This document shows positions 43,001 through 51,927 of a DNA stretch of 64,000 nt, one piece after another. This stretch comes from an uncultured Microthrixaceae bacterium (GTDB lineage: Bacteria > Actinomycetota > Acidimicrobiia > Acidimicrobiales > Acidimicrobilacustridaceae). Position 1 is the stretch's first letter. Each line of letters begins with the position of its first letter. The stretch covers positions 564,811 through 628,810 of the forward strand of contig CAWAWN010000003.1 in NCBI GenBank assembly GCA_963785815.1. Reading direction: 5' to 3'. Position numbers and translations under genes: made by a program. The notes under the pieces were generated by a model. That model ran no database searches. It was not told where the DNA came from and saw nothing but the letters and a program-made list of their open reading frames with translations.

Positions 43001-43636
43001 CGGAAGTCGAGGGTGTCGGCGTCACGGATGCAGGGCACGAGCAGGGTGCGCCCACCCGTGCGCTCGACGTCGACGGCCAGGCCCAGCCCGATGTGCTCGT
43101 GGCGCACGATGCCGCGGCTTGCCATCGTCGCCGGTGGCGAAGCTGGCGTTCATGGCCGGCATGGTCTCGGCGATGGCGCGCACCACGGCGTGGCCGATGA
43201 GGTGCGTGAAGCTGACCTTGCCGCCTCGGGTGCGACCGAGGTAGCCGTTGATGATGGTGCGGTTGACCTCGAGCAGCTTGGCCGGCACCTCGCGGAAGCT
43301 GGTGGCGGTGGGGACCTCGAGGCTGGCCGCCATGTTGGTGGCGATGAGCGCCGCCGCACCTCGCAGGGGCTCGCCCACCTCGTCGGCCGCCGCGCCCGCA
43401 GCCGTGCTGGTCGTCGGGGCCCGGTTTGGGGTGGCGGCCTGGGTGGGTCGAGGCGCCTCGTCGGCCGCCGGCGCGGCGGTGGCGGGCGCGGAGGGCTCTG
43501 AGCCGTTGGGTCGGTAGTCGGCGAAGAACTCGTGCCAGCTCTCGCTCACGGAGCTGGGATCGGCCAGGTACTGCTCGTACATCTCGTCGACCAGCCAGGC
43601 GTTGGGCCCGACCTGTTCGGCGGCGTCGCTCTCCAC
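40027..43636 (-). pseudogene. kgd: 2-oxoglutarate dehydrogenase/decarboxylase E1 with fused E2-like acyltransferase domain (Kgd/OdhA type), interrupted by a +1 frameshift near 43110
   Basis: ORF 43022-43636 encodes the Kgd N-terminus (MESDAAEQVGPNAWLVDEMYEQYL...AMNASFATGDDGKPR). ORF 40027-43125 continues in another frame (IVRHEHIGLGLAVDV...) through the full E1 domain. Total 3610 nt = 3n+1. Confidence 0.9.
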
Positions 43637-43977
43637 GGCGGACCATCCTACTGGCGGGGTCGAGGCCTTCGGGAGGGCGCCGGCGGGGACACCCCGGGCC
43701 TTCGAGGAGGTCTTCGCGAGCGCGAGGGAATGGAGACCTCGAGGCCGCTGACTTCGGGGGCCGGTACCGCTCCCAGCCCTGGATGGCCGAGCTGCACCCC
43801 GAGCTCAGCACCTGGATCCCGCCGATGTCGACTCGGCGGCGCTGCGGGTCCTGCCCGGCACGAACCACTACCTCGGTGACCACGTCTCCGCCATGCGCCG
43901 CGAGCGCGTCGACTCCTCGGCCATCGAGCCGCGCGGCCCGTCCCTCCTGACCCCGCACCCCGCTAGGGTCGCCCTTC

Positions 43978-44751
43978 GTGCGCATCGCCACCTGGAACGT
44001 GAACTCGCTCAAGGCCCGCATCGACCGCGTGGAGGAGTGGGTGGCCCAGGTCCAGCCCGACGTGCTGTGCATGCAGGAGACCAAGCTGGCCGACGACGCC
44101 TTCCCGGCCCTGACCTTCCAGGCGCTGGGCTACGAGAGCGCCCACCACGGGTTCGGCCAGTGGAACGGCGTGGCCATCCTGTCGCGGGTGGGGATCGACG
44201 ACGTGTCAGTTGGGTTCGACGACGACGACGAGCCCGACCCCGACGCCCGGCTGGTGTGGGCCACCTGCGGCGGGGTCCGCCTGGCCAGCGCCTACGTCCC
44301 CAACGGTCGGTCGCTGGACGACGACCACTACCAGTACAAGTTGGCGTGGCTGGCCCGGCTGCGGGCGCTGCTCGACCGAGGGGCCGACGCCGCGCAGCCG
44401 TTGGCCATCTGCGGCGACTTCAACATCGCCCCGGACGACCGCGACGTCTATGACCCGGCCGAGTTCACCGACACGACCCACACCAGCGCACCCGAGCGCC
44501 AGGCCCTCGCCCGCCTCGAGCAGTGGGGTCTGGAGGACGTGTTCCGCCGCCACTACGAGGCCGGTGGCCTGTTCTCGTGGTGGGACTACCGGGCCGGCAA
44601 CTTCCACAAGGGCAAGGGCATGCGCATCGACCTGATCCTGGCTTCGGCGCCGCTGGCCGAGCGGTCGGCCAGCATCCTCATCGATCGCAACGCCCGCAAG
44701 GGCAAGTCACCCAGCGACCACGCGCCCGTGGTGGCCGACTTCGACCTCTGA
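43978..44751 (+). CDS. xthA: exodeoxyribonuclease III
   Basis: GTG start (VRIATWNVNSLKARIDRVEEWV) and C-terminal SDHAPVVADFDL. Confidence 0.9.
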   Translation: MRIATWNVNSLKARIDRVEEWVAQVQPDVLCMQETKLADDAFPALTFQALGYESAHHGFGQWNGVAILSRVGIDDVSVGFDDDDEPDPDARLVWATCGGVRLASAYVPNGRSLDDDHYQYKLAWLARLRALLDRGADAAQPLAICGDFNIAPDDRDVYDPAEFTDTTHTSAPERQALARLEQWGLEDVFRRHYEAGGLFSWWDYRAGNFHKGKGMRIDLILASAPLAERSASILIDRNARKGKSPSDHAPVVADFDL

Positions 44752-44975
44752 CCGAGCCGGACCGGCCGGTTCGGGCGCTGGGGTTCCGCCTGGGCACCTC
44801 AGCACCCGATCTCGGACGGCGAAGGGAGAGGCTGGAGCACCGCTCGAACCGGACTGCTCGAGTGGGACCCGGCGGCACGGGTGGGAGCAGGCAGCAGAGG
44901 TGGGACGGAGCGGCTCGGGCAGCACGGGTTGGACCGAGCAGCGCCGGTCCGGACGGAACCGGACAGAATGAGCCG

Positions 44976-45803
44976 ATGAGCGAGCCCGCCGAACCGACAT
45001 CGTCCCCCTCCGCCGGCCCACCGGACTCCCCGCTGATCGACCTGCCGGGGCTGCCCGAGGACGAGGCCGAGCGGGCCGCCCTGGCCCGGGCCGCGCTGGC
45101 GGGTCGCTGGCAGGAGCCGGCTCCCGACCAGATGACGTCACGGCGGGTGGAGATCCGTCGCCTGGCCGACTCGATGCGCATCATCATCGAGCGGCTGGTG
45201 GCCACCGCCGCGCCCACCGAGTCCATCATCGAGGTGGCCGACCAGCTGGCCCGGGCCGCGCTGGCGTTCGACCACTGGCCCCACGGCACCCTCTACGAAG
45301 GGTTCGCCGAGGCGGCCAACGCCGGCGGCGACCCCCACGCCATGTTCGAGCACAGCCCCCTGATCGGTCGGGCCAACCCCCTGGCCCCACCCATGCGCCT
45401 GCTCGACCTGAACGGGGTGGTGCACGGCCACGTGGTGTTCGGGTCGGCCTACGAGGGGCCGCCGGGCTGCGTGCACGGGGGCTACATCGCCGCCGCCTTC
45501 GACGAGTTGCTGGGCGCCACCCAGTCGATGTCGGGTACGCCCGGCATGACCGGCCGCCTGACGGTGCACTACCGCTCGCCCACCCCCCTGCACAGCGAAC
45601 TTCACCTGGTGGGGCGGATGTCGCGCATCGACGGGCGCAAGATCTTCACCGAGGGTCAGCTCTTCGCCATCGAGGCCGACGGATCCGAGCGGTTGTGCGC
45701 CGAGGCCGAGGGGCTCTTCATCAGCATCGTGTTCGGCCAGTTCGCCGAGCTGAAGGCGCAGCGCGAGCAGGCCGAACGCGACCGCCTGAGCCGCGACACC
45801 TGA
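44976..45803 (+). CDS. PaaI/hot-dog-fold thioesterase with N-terminal extension
   Basis: ATG 44976 (MSEPAEP...). Hot-dog core GPPGCVHGGYIAAAFDELLG...GRLTVHYRSPTP. Confidence 0.7.
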   Translation: MSEPAEPTSSPSAGPPDSPLIDLPGLPEDEAERAALARAALAGRWQEPAPDQMTSRRVEIRRLADSMRIIIERLVATAAPTESIIEVADQLARAALAFDHWPHGTLYEGFAEAANAGGDPHAMFEHSPLIGRANPLAPPMRLLDLNGVVHGHVVFGSAYEGPPGCVHGGYIAAAFDELLGATQSMSGTPGMTGRLTVHYRSPTPLHSELHLVGRMSRIDGRKIFTEGQLFAIEADGSERLCAEAEGLFISIVFGQFAELKAQREQAERDRLSRDT

Positions 45804-45918
45804 TCGACGCCCGCCCCGGGGGCGGTGTTCGGGTCGGGTCGGCCGCCAGGTTCGGACCGGAAACCCGGTTCCTACGGTGTAGCGGTCCGATCTGGCGACG
45901 GCGGCCAGCTCGAGGTGC

Positions 45919-46410
45919 TCAGGAGCCGAGGCGGGCGGCGATGAGGGCCTGCTCGGCGACCGCGTGCTCCTGCAGCCCCGACACCAGCGCGCCCTCGACC
46001 TTGCCTCCCATGAACCGCATGCGCACCGTGAGGTCGCCCTCGAGCCGGCGGACGGTGCCCCGGTCGCCGTCGGCCGCATAGGTGTAGCGACCCGAGCAGT
46101 TGAGGCGGTCGGCGTAGTGGTCGGGCAGGAGCCGGCTGGAGGCCGTGGCCCGATCGAGGTCGAAGTCGAGCTGCTCGACCCAGGTCAGCTTGTGGGGGTC
46201 GATGACAGCCAGCGCCGCGGACGGCAGCTCGCCGACGAAGCGCTGGCGGAGTCGCAGGTGCACGTGGCGGCCGTCGACGCGGTGGTCGACCACCTCGGGG
46301 GCGCCGATGTTGGGCAGCCCAGACAGCGTGGGGTAGAGCGCAGGATCGCAGAACAGGGCGAGGACGGTGGCCAGGTCGGCGGGGTAGCGCTGCTGGGTGG
46401 CGAATCGCAC
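45919..46410 (-). CDS. SRPBCC-superfamily protein (DUF2505-like)
   Basis: 163-aa ORF, GC3-rich. Recognition by overall pattern only (MRFATQQRYPADLATVLALFCDPALYP...). Confidence 0.6.
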   Translation of the reverse strand: MRFATQQRYPADLATVLALFCDPALYPTLSGLPNIGAPEVVDHRVDGRHVHLRLRQRFVGELPSAALAVIDPHKLTWVEQLDFDLDRATASSRLLPDHYADRLNCSGRYTYAADGDRGTVRRLEGDLTVRMRFMGGKVEGALVSGLQEHAVAEQALIAARLGS

Positions 46411-46414
46411 GGCC

Positions 46415-48571
46415 TCACCCCTCGTGTTCGGCCAGGATGGCCAGGATCTCGTCCCCGAAGCGTTCCACCTTGACGGTGCCGATGCCGGGGACGGCGAGCA
46501 GTGCGGTGGTGGAGGCGGGGCGGGTGGCGGCCACCTCGGCCAGCACCCGGTCGTGGAAGATCACGTAGGCGGGGACCGAGGCCGCCTTGGCCTGCTGGCT
46601 GCGCCAGGCCTTGAGGGCCTCGAAGGTGGCCAGGGCGGGGCCGTCGAGCTCGGCGGCTGCGCCGCTCGCGCCCCGGCCGGTGCGGGCCGAGCCCCGCCGT
46701 CGAGGTCGCGCGGCCTCGAGGTGCCGTCGGGCGCGCTGGGCGCCGAGCTGGCTGGCCCAGTCGGTCGGGACGGTTCCCGACCGGAGGGCCTCGGCGGCCA
46801 GGTCGACCTGGTCGAGGTAGGGCGAAGGGGTGCGCGTCGCCACCCGCTCGCCGAAGGTGCGGGTCTGCGCCCACGTGAGGCGCAGCTCCTGTTCGGCCCT
46901 GGTGAGCGCCACGTAGAAGAGCCGCCGTTCCTCGGCCAGATCGTCGCCGGTGCGGGCGTGGCCGATGGGGACCAGGCCCTGCTCGAGCCCCGTGAGGTGG
47001 ACGATCGGCCACTCGAGGCCCTTGGCCGCGTGGAAGGTGGCCAGCTCGACGGCGTCGCCCTGGCGGTCGGGCTGGTCGGAGCGGGCCGTCTCGCCCAGCC
47101 AGGTCACGAAGCCGGTGGTGGAGGGTCGGCTCTCGATGGCCAGGTAGTCGCGACCGAGCCGGGCCAGGGCCTCGAGGTTGGCGGCCCGGCTGTCGGCGGC
47201 CGGCATCGCCGCGCCGGCCGGGTCGGAGGCATCGCCCCGCTCGCCCGGCTCGAGCCCGTCGAGCTGCTCGACCCCACCGGCCACGCTGGTCGCCAGGTCG
47301 GCCAGGGCCGTCGACAGGTCGCCGGGGTGGCGCTGGATGTCGCGCAGGGCCGCCTTGACCTCAGGTTGGTCGAGCAGGCCCGAACCACCCCGCACCCGGA
47401 AGGGGATCGACGTGCCGTGCAGCGCCTGCTCGATCACCGCCACCTGGGCGTTGGTGCGGCACAGCACGGCCTGGCTCGACCACGAACCGCCCGGGCGGTG
47501 GTGGTCGCGCAGGGAGCGGGCGACGCCCTGGGCCTCGGCCTGGTCGTCGGGGTAGGTGACGACCTCGGGGATGGGCCCGTCGGGCCGGTTGGCTCGCAGC
47601 CCCTCGACCTCGACCAGGGTCACCGGCGCGGCGGTTCGGGGGCTCGGGTCGGCGTCGGCCGCCGGCTGGTCGAGCACGGCGCCGGCCAGCACGGCGTTGG
47701 CCACGGCCAGGATCTGGGGGCTGGAGCGGTAGTTGTCGCGCAACACGATGGTGGCCGACCCCGGGTGGTCGTCGGCGAAGCTGGCCAGGGCGCCGGGGTC
47801 GGCGCCGTTCCAGCCGTAGATGGCCTGGTTCGGATCGCCCACCACGCACAGGTCGCGCCGGCCACCCACCCAGGCGTCGAGCAGGCTGCGTTGCAGGGGG
47901 TTCACGTCCTGGAACTCGTCGACGAACAGGTGCTGGTAGCGCCACTGCTGGGCGTGGGCGAACTCGCGGTCTTCGCGCAGGTCGCGTCGGCACAGGCGCA
48001 GCAGGTCGTCGAAGTCGACCATCCGGCGCTTGTGCTTCTCCTGCTCGTAGCGCTGGTAGACCGCCGCCATGTCCCGGTAGGCCAGCGGCGCCCGGCGGCC
48101 CAGGCGGTGGGCCTCGGCACCGTACTCGTCGGGCTCGATGTCGCGGGCTTTGGCCCACTCGATCTCGCCCACGATGTCGAGGGCGGAGGCGCGCTGGGCC
48201 CCCGACAGCAGCCGGATCACGAACCCGATCTTGCGGTCGAGCAGCTCGGGTGGCCGCACGCCTCGGTCGGCCCAGCGGGCTCGGAGCTGGGCGTAGGCCA
48301 CCGAGTGGAAGGTGCCGGCCACCACCTGGTCGCGCAGGCCGAGCTGGCGCAGGCGCGACGACAGCTCGCCGGCGGCCTTGCGGGTGAAGGTGAGGGCCAG
48401 CACATGGCGGGGGTCGTGCTCGCCGGCCAGGGCCCGGTAGGCGATGCGGCGGGTCAGCACCCGGGTCTTGCCGGTGCCCGCCCCGGCCAGGATGGCCAGG
48501 GGGGTGGTGGGGCACGTGACGGCCTCGCGTTGGGCCGGGTTGAGGCCATCGAGCACCTGCTGGGCGTCCAC
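46415..48571 (-). CDS. uvrD2: ATP-dependent DNA helicase UvrD2 (UvrD/PcrA core + C-terminal HRDC)
   Basis: Walker A AGAGTGKT and UvrD motifs (DEFQDVN, VGDPNQAIY, TFHAAKGLEW). C-terminal HRDC-like FEALKAWRSQQAKAASVPAYVIFHDRVLAEVA. Confidence 0.9.
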   Translation of the reverse strand: MDAQQVLDGLNPAQREAVTCPTTPLAILAGAGTGKTRVLTRRIAYRALAGEHDPRHVLALTFTRKAAGELSSRLRQLGLRDQVVAGTFHSVAYAQLRARWADRGVRPPELLDRKIGFVIRLLSGAQRASALDIVGEIEWAKARDIEPDEYGAEAHRLGRRAPLAYRDMAAVYQRYEQEKHKRRMVDFDDLLRLCRRDLREDREFAHAQQWRYQHLFVDEFQDVNPLQRSLLDAWVGGRRDLCVVGDPNQAIYGWNGADPGALASFADDHPGSATIVLRDNYRSSPQILAVANAVLAGAVLDQPAADADPSPRTAAPVTLVEVEGLRANRPDGPIPEVVTYPDDQAEAQGVARSLRDHHRPGGSWSSQAVLCRTNAQVAVIEQALHGTSIPFRVRGGSGLLDQPEVKAALRDIQRHPGDLSTALADLATSVAGGVEQLDGLEPGERGDASDPAGAAMPAADSRAANLEALARLGRDYLAIESRPSTTGFVTWLGETARSDQPDRQGDAVELATFHAAKGLEWPIVHLTGLEQGLVPIGHARTGDDLAEERRLFYVALTRAEQELRLTWAQTRTFGERVATRTPSPYLDQVDLAAEALRSGTVPTDWASQLGAQRARRHLEAARPRRRGSARTGRGASGAAAELDGPALATFEALKAWRSQQAKAASVPAYVIFHDRVLAEVAATRPASTTALLAVPGIGTVKVERFGDEILAILAEHEG

Positions 48572-48615
48572 CCGGCCACCCTAACCAGCAGGTGTGACAC
48601 GACTAGCCTTCGACC

Positions 48616-49371
48616 GTGGCCTATTCGGACCTGATCTTGCGGGACAACGAGACGCTGGTGCTCGACCTGCACCCGCACTGGTGGTACTTCGCCAAGGCCC
48701 TCATCGCCACCGTGATCGCCCTGATCCTGGCCATCGTGGTGCTGGCTCAGGGCTGGAGCGGCACCCTGGGCAGCGCGGGCAACTTCATCGTGGCCATCCT
48801 GCTGCTGGCCGGGCTGGTGTGGCTGGCCGAGCGCTACGCCCACTGGGTCAGCACCTACTTCATCCTGACCAGCGACCGCATCATCTACCGGGAGGGGATC
48901 TTCGCCAAGCACGGCATGGAGATCCCGCTGCAGCGCATCAACTCGATCTTCTTCAACCAGCGGATGTTCGAGCGGATCCTGGGGCTCGGCGACCTCAAGA
49001 TCGAGTCGGCGTCCAAGACCGGGGCCGAGGTGTTCGACGACATCCGCCGACCCGAGCGGGTCCAGCACGAGATCTACTCCCAGATGGAGGCGCTCGAGAA
49101 CCGGGGCTACGACCGCATCGGCCAGCAGATCACGCAGGCCCAGAGCACCCCGCCGGCACAACCGGCCCCGCCGGCGGCGGTCCTGCCCGTCCCGCCGCCC
49201 ACCGCTCCCGCACCGGCTGCGTCGACGCCCACGGCCCCGCCCGATCCGGCCGCGCCGCCGGCCGGATCGGTGGCCGAGCGCATCGCCGACCTGCACCGCT
49301 TGCACACCCAGGGCGCCATCACCGACGCCGAGTTCGAGGCCAAGAAGGCCCAGCTGCTCGACCAGCTCTGA
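48616..49371 (+). CDS. bacterial PH-domain (YdbS/YdbT-like) membrane protein with C-terminal SHOCT motif
   Basis: Two TM helices, bPH-like core (YFILTSDRIIYREGIFAKHGMEIPLQRINSIFFNQ), Pro/Ala linker, and SHOCT-like LHTQGAITDAEFEAKKAQLL. Confidence 0.75.
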   Translation: MAYSDLILRDNETLVLDLHPHWWYFAKALIATVIALILAIVVLAQGWSGTLGSAGNFIVAILLLAGLVWLAERYAHWVSTYFILTSDRIIYREGIFAKHGMEIPLQRINSIFFNQRMFERILGLGDLKIESASKTGAEVFDDIRRPERVQHEIYSQMEALENRGYDRIGQQITQAQSTPPAQPAPPAAVLPVPPPTAPAPAASTPTAPPDPAAPPAGSVAERIADLHRLHTQGAITDAEFEAKKAQLLDQL

Positions 49372-49379
49372 GCACAGAG

Positions 49380-50081
49380 GTGTCCAGCCGACGCGTGGTC
49401 AGCCTGGTCCCCTCGGCCACCGAGACCCTGCTGGGGTGGGGGCTCGAGCCGGTGGCGGTGACCCGGTTCTGCGAGCAGCCGGGCTACCCGCAGGTGGGGG
49501 GCACCAAGGATCCCGACCTGGACGCGGTGGTAGCCCTGGCCCCCGACGTGGTGGTCATGTGCGAGGAGGAGAACCGACTGGCCGACGCCGAGGCCCTCAC
49601 CCGGGCCGGCCTGGCCGTGCACGTGGTGCGCATCGACTCGCTGGCCGACGTGTTCCCCGCGCTGGTGGACCTGGCCGCGGCGGTGGGGGCGCCCCCACCC
49701 GACCCCTGGCCCGACCGGTCGGCGGGCCACCGCCCGACCACGACGGCGGCCGACGCGCCGAGCGCCTTCATCCCCATCTGGCGCCGGCCGTGGATGACCA
49801 TCGGGGGCGGGTGCTACGGCTCGTCCCTGCTCGAGGCGGTGGGCATCGCCAACGTGTTCGCCGACGCGCCCGAGCGCTACCCGACCACCACCCTGGACCA
49901 GGCCGCCGCCCGGCACCCCGATCTGGTCGTGGCCCCCAGCGAGCCCTACCCCTTCGGGGCACGCCACGTCGACGAGCTGGCCCGGGTCGCACCGGTCGAG
50001 CTGGTGGACGGCCAGGACCTGTTCTGGTGGGGGGCGCGCACCCCCGCAGCCCTGGCCCGCCTGTCGGCGCGACTCTCCTAG
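49380..50081 (+). CDS. TroA/BtuF-like helical-backbone binding-protein fold, no signal peptide
   Basis: GTG 49380 (VSSRRVVSLVPSATETLLGWGLEPVAVT...), typical of cobalamin/siderophore-binding-protein-like proteins. Confidence 0.65.
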   Translation: MSSRRVVSLVPSATETLLGWGLEPVAVTRFCEQPGYPQVGGTKDPDLDAVVALAPDVVVMCEEENRLADAEALTRAGLAVHVVRIDSLADVFPALVDLAAAVGAPPPDPWPDRSAGHRPTTTAADAPSAFIPIWRRPWMTIGGGCYGSSLLEAVGIANVFADAPERYPTTTLDQAAARHPDLVVAPSEPYPFGARHVDELARVAPVELVDGQDLFWWGARTPAALARLSARLS

Positions 50082-50180
50082 CCCTCCGGTCGGGCAAGCC
50101 TCCCTGCGGGCGCCTTCGGCATCCAGGTGTCACGAGTCCAGCGGCTCCGGCCTGGCGGCCGGCGCCTTCCGACGCCGGTC
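50082..50180. repeat. interspersed intergenic repeat, locus 2 (about 1.2 units)
   Basis: Fills the whole spacer between convergent stops. Aligns over ~95 nt with the reverse complement of 14680-14775. Confidence 0.8.
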
Positions 50181-50655
50181 AGCCCGCCGGGGTCGAGCCG
50201 GTGACGAGCTCCTCGATGCGGGCCAGGGTGGCGGCCATGCTGGTGCGAGCGTGGTCGGCGCCCATGCGGGCGAAGGGCCTGGTCAGCGCCGACTCGTGGG
50301 TGATGTCCCACGTCTCGCGGACCAGGGTGCCGCCCTCGGTCGGCTCCAGCTCGTAGCGCCAGATCCGCCCGGCGACGTGCTGGCCGATCGGGGTCGGGCC
50401 CCGGGTCTGCCAGGCCAGCCGGCGGTTCTCCTCCAGCTCGATGACGGTGCTGACCATCGAGTAGGGCACGCCGATCTTCATGGACATGCCGAAGCGATCG
50501 CCCAGCTCCAGACGTCGGGACGGCCCCTTGGCCTGGCGCACCGACCCCGACCCGTCGATGTCGCGGTGTCGGGTCGGGTCCACGATCAGGTCGAAGATGG
50601 CCTCGGGCGGGGCGGGGATGAACCGCTCCACGGTCACGGTGTCGGCGTCAGCCAC
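50179..50655 (-). CDS. SRPBCC-family (polyketide-cyclase/START-like) protein
   Basis: GTG 50655 (VADADTVTVERFIPAPPEAIFDLIVDPTRH...). The remainder of ORF 50179-51705 is antisense to galK. Confidence 0.7.
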   Translation of the reverse strand: MADADTVTVERFIPAPPEAIFDLIVDPTRHRDIDGSGSVRQAKGPSRRLELGDRFGMSMKIGVPYSMVSTVIELEENRRLAWQTRGPTPIGQHVAGRIWRYELEPTEGGTLVRETWDITHESALTRPFARMGADHARTSMAATLARIEELVTGSTPAG

Positions 50656-50759
50656 CGCGGCAGCGTACCCACGCCCCTGGACCGCGGCCGGATCGGGGCC
50701 GGCAAACGGGCGCCCATCGGCGCGCCGATCTGTGGGGGGCGCGCCGAGGGCGCGCCTGC

Positions 50760-51926
50760 TCAGCCGGGAGAGATCGACGCGCCGGCGCTCGGGCGCACCG
50801 TCCAGCCCTCGTCCAGTGCGCCGGGCTCGGTGAGGGCCACCACGCAGCCGCCGAACCCGCCCCCGACGAGACGGACGCCGTGCACCCCTGGCGTCCGGCC
50901 CAGCCGGTCCACCAGATCGTCCACCACCGGGGTGGACGCCTCGAAGTCGTCGCGGTTGCTGACGTGGGACTCGCCCATGATGGTGCCGGCGGTGGTCAGG
51001 TCGTGTTGGCGCAGGGCGGCGGCGAATGCGCCCACCCGGGCGTTCTCGGTGACCACGTGGCGAGCCCGGGCTCGGGCCGCCGGGTCGGTCACCGTGGCCA
51101 CGTCGGCCAGGGTCGCCTGGCGCAACGGGCCGATCTGGCGCTGGGCCGCCTCCACCTCCTGGCGCCGTACCCCGTAGGCCGAGTCCTCCAGCCGGCGGGA
51201 CTGCCCCGAGTGCACCACCACGATCGTGGCCTCCTCGGGGACGGGCACGGGGTCGGCCTCCAGGGTGGTGAAGTCGACCAGCAGCGCGTGACCGGCCACC
51301 CCGGCCACGGCCGTGAGCTGGTCCATCAGCCCGCATGGGACACCCGAGGCCCGGTGCTCGGCCCGCTGGCAGGCCTGAGCCAGGGCCAGCGGCGACCAAC
51401 CCGCGGCCCCGAACGGCCTCAGCCGCGTGTCCCGGGAGGTGCCGGTCGGATCGTCCCCGGCCGCGCCGACCGGCTGGCCGGCGGACGCCTCCGCCGGCTG
51501 ATCCCCGACCAGGGCCAGGGCCACGGCCACCTCCAGCGCAGCGCTCGACGACAGCCCGGCCCCGACCGGCAACGTGGTGGACACCACCCCCTCGAACCCG
51601 TGGGCCGGGACCAGCTCCGCCACCACGGCGGCCACGTAGCGACCCCAGCCGGGCTCGGCCGACGGGGCGGTGGCACCGGCGGTGGCGGCCGCGGTCGGGG
51701 GCCACGATCCGTCGGCGGCCTGGTCGAGCTCGACCGTGCCGGCGAAGCCATCGGAGGTCAGGTGCACCCGTCCGGGCATCCGGCGTCCCACCACGGTGGT
51801 GGCCAGATCGATGGCCATGGGCAGGGCCAGCCCGCCCACGTAGTCGGTGTGGTCGCCCATGAGGTTCACCCGCCCGGGGGCGCGCACCACCACGCGGGCG
51901 TCGGCGCGCCGCTGGGGATCGGTCAC
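50760..51926 (-). CDS. galK: galactokinase
   Basis: GRVNLMGDHTDY signature and GHMP motif PVGAGLSSSAALEV. Confidence 0.9.
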   Translation of the reverse strand: MTDPQRRADARVVVRAPGRVNLMGDHTDYVGGLALPMAIDLATTVVGRRMPGRVHLTSDGFAGTVELDQAADGSWPPTAAATAGATAPSAEPGWGRYVAAVVAELVPAHGFEGVVSTTLPVGAGLSSSAALEVAVALALVGDQPAEASAGQPVGAAGDDPTGTSRDTRLRPFGAAGWSPLALAQACQRAEHRASGVPCGLMDQLTAVAGVAGHALLVDFTTLEADPVPVPEEATIVVVHSGQSRRLEDSAYGVRRQEVEAAQRQIGPLRQATLADVATVTDPAARARARHVVTENARVGAFAAALRQHDLTTAGTIMGESHVSNRDDFEASTPVVDDLVDRLGRTPGVHGVRLVGGGFGGCVVALTEPGALDEGWTVRPSAGASISPG

Positions 51927-51927
51927 C

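Noticed and set aside
43022-43125. Treating ORFs 43022-43636 and 40027-43125 as two independent overlapping genes.
   Set aside because: Together they reconstruct one contiguous Kgd protein once a single base is removed. The Met at 43125 (MASRGIVRHEH) sits in the middle of the acyltransferase-like domain.
45811-45825. CCGCC-CCGGG-GGCGG hairpin after the thioesterase gene as a terminator.
   Set aside because: Only a 5-bp stem with no U-tract. Indistinguishable from background GC-rich palindromes.
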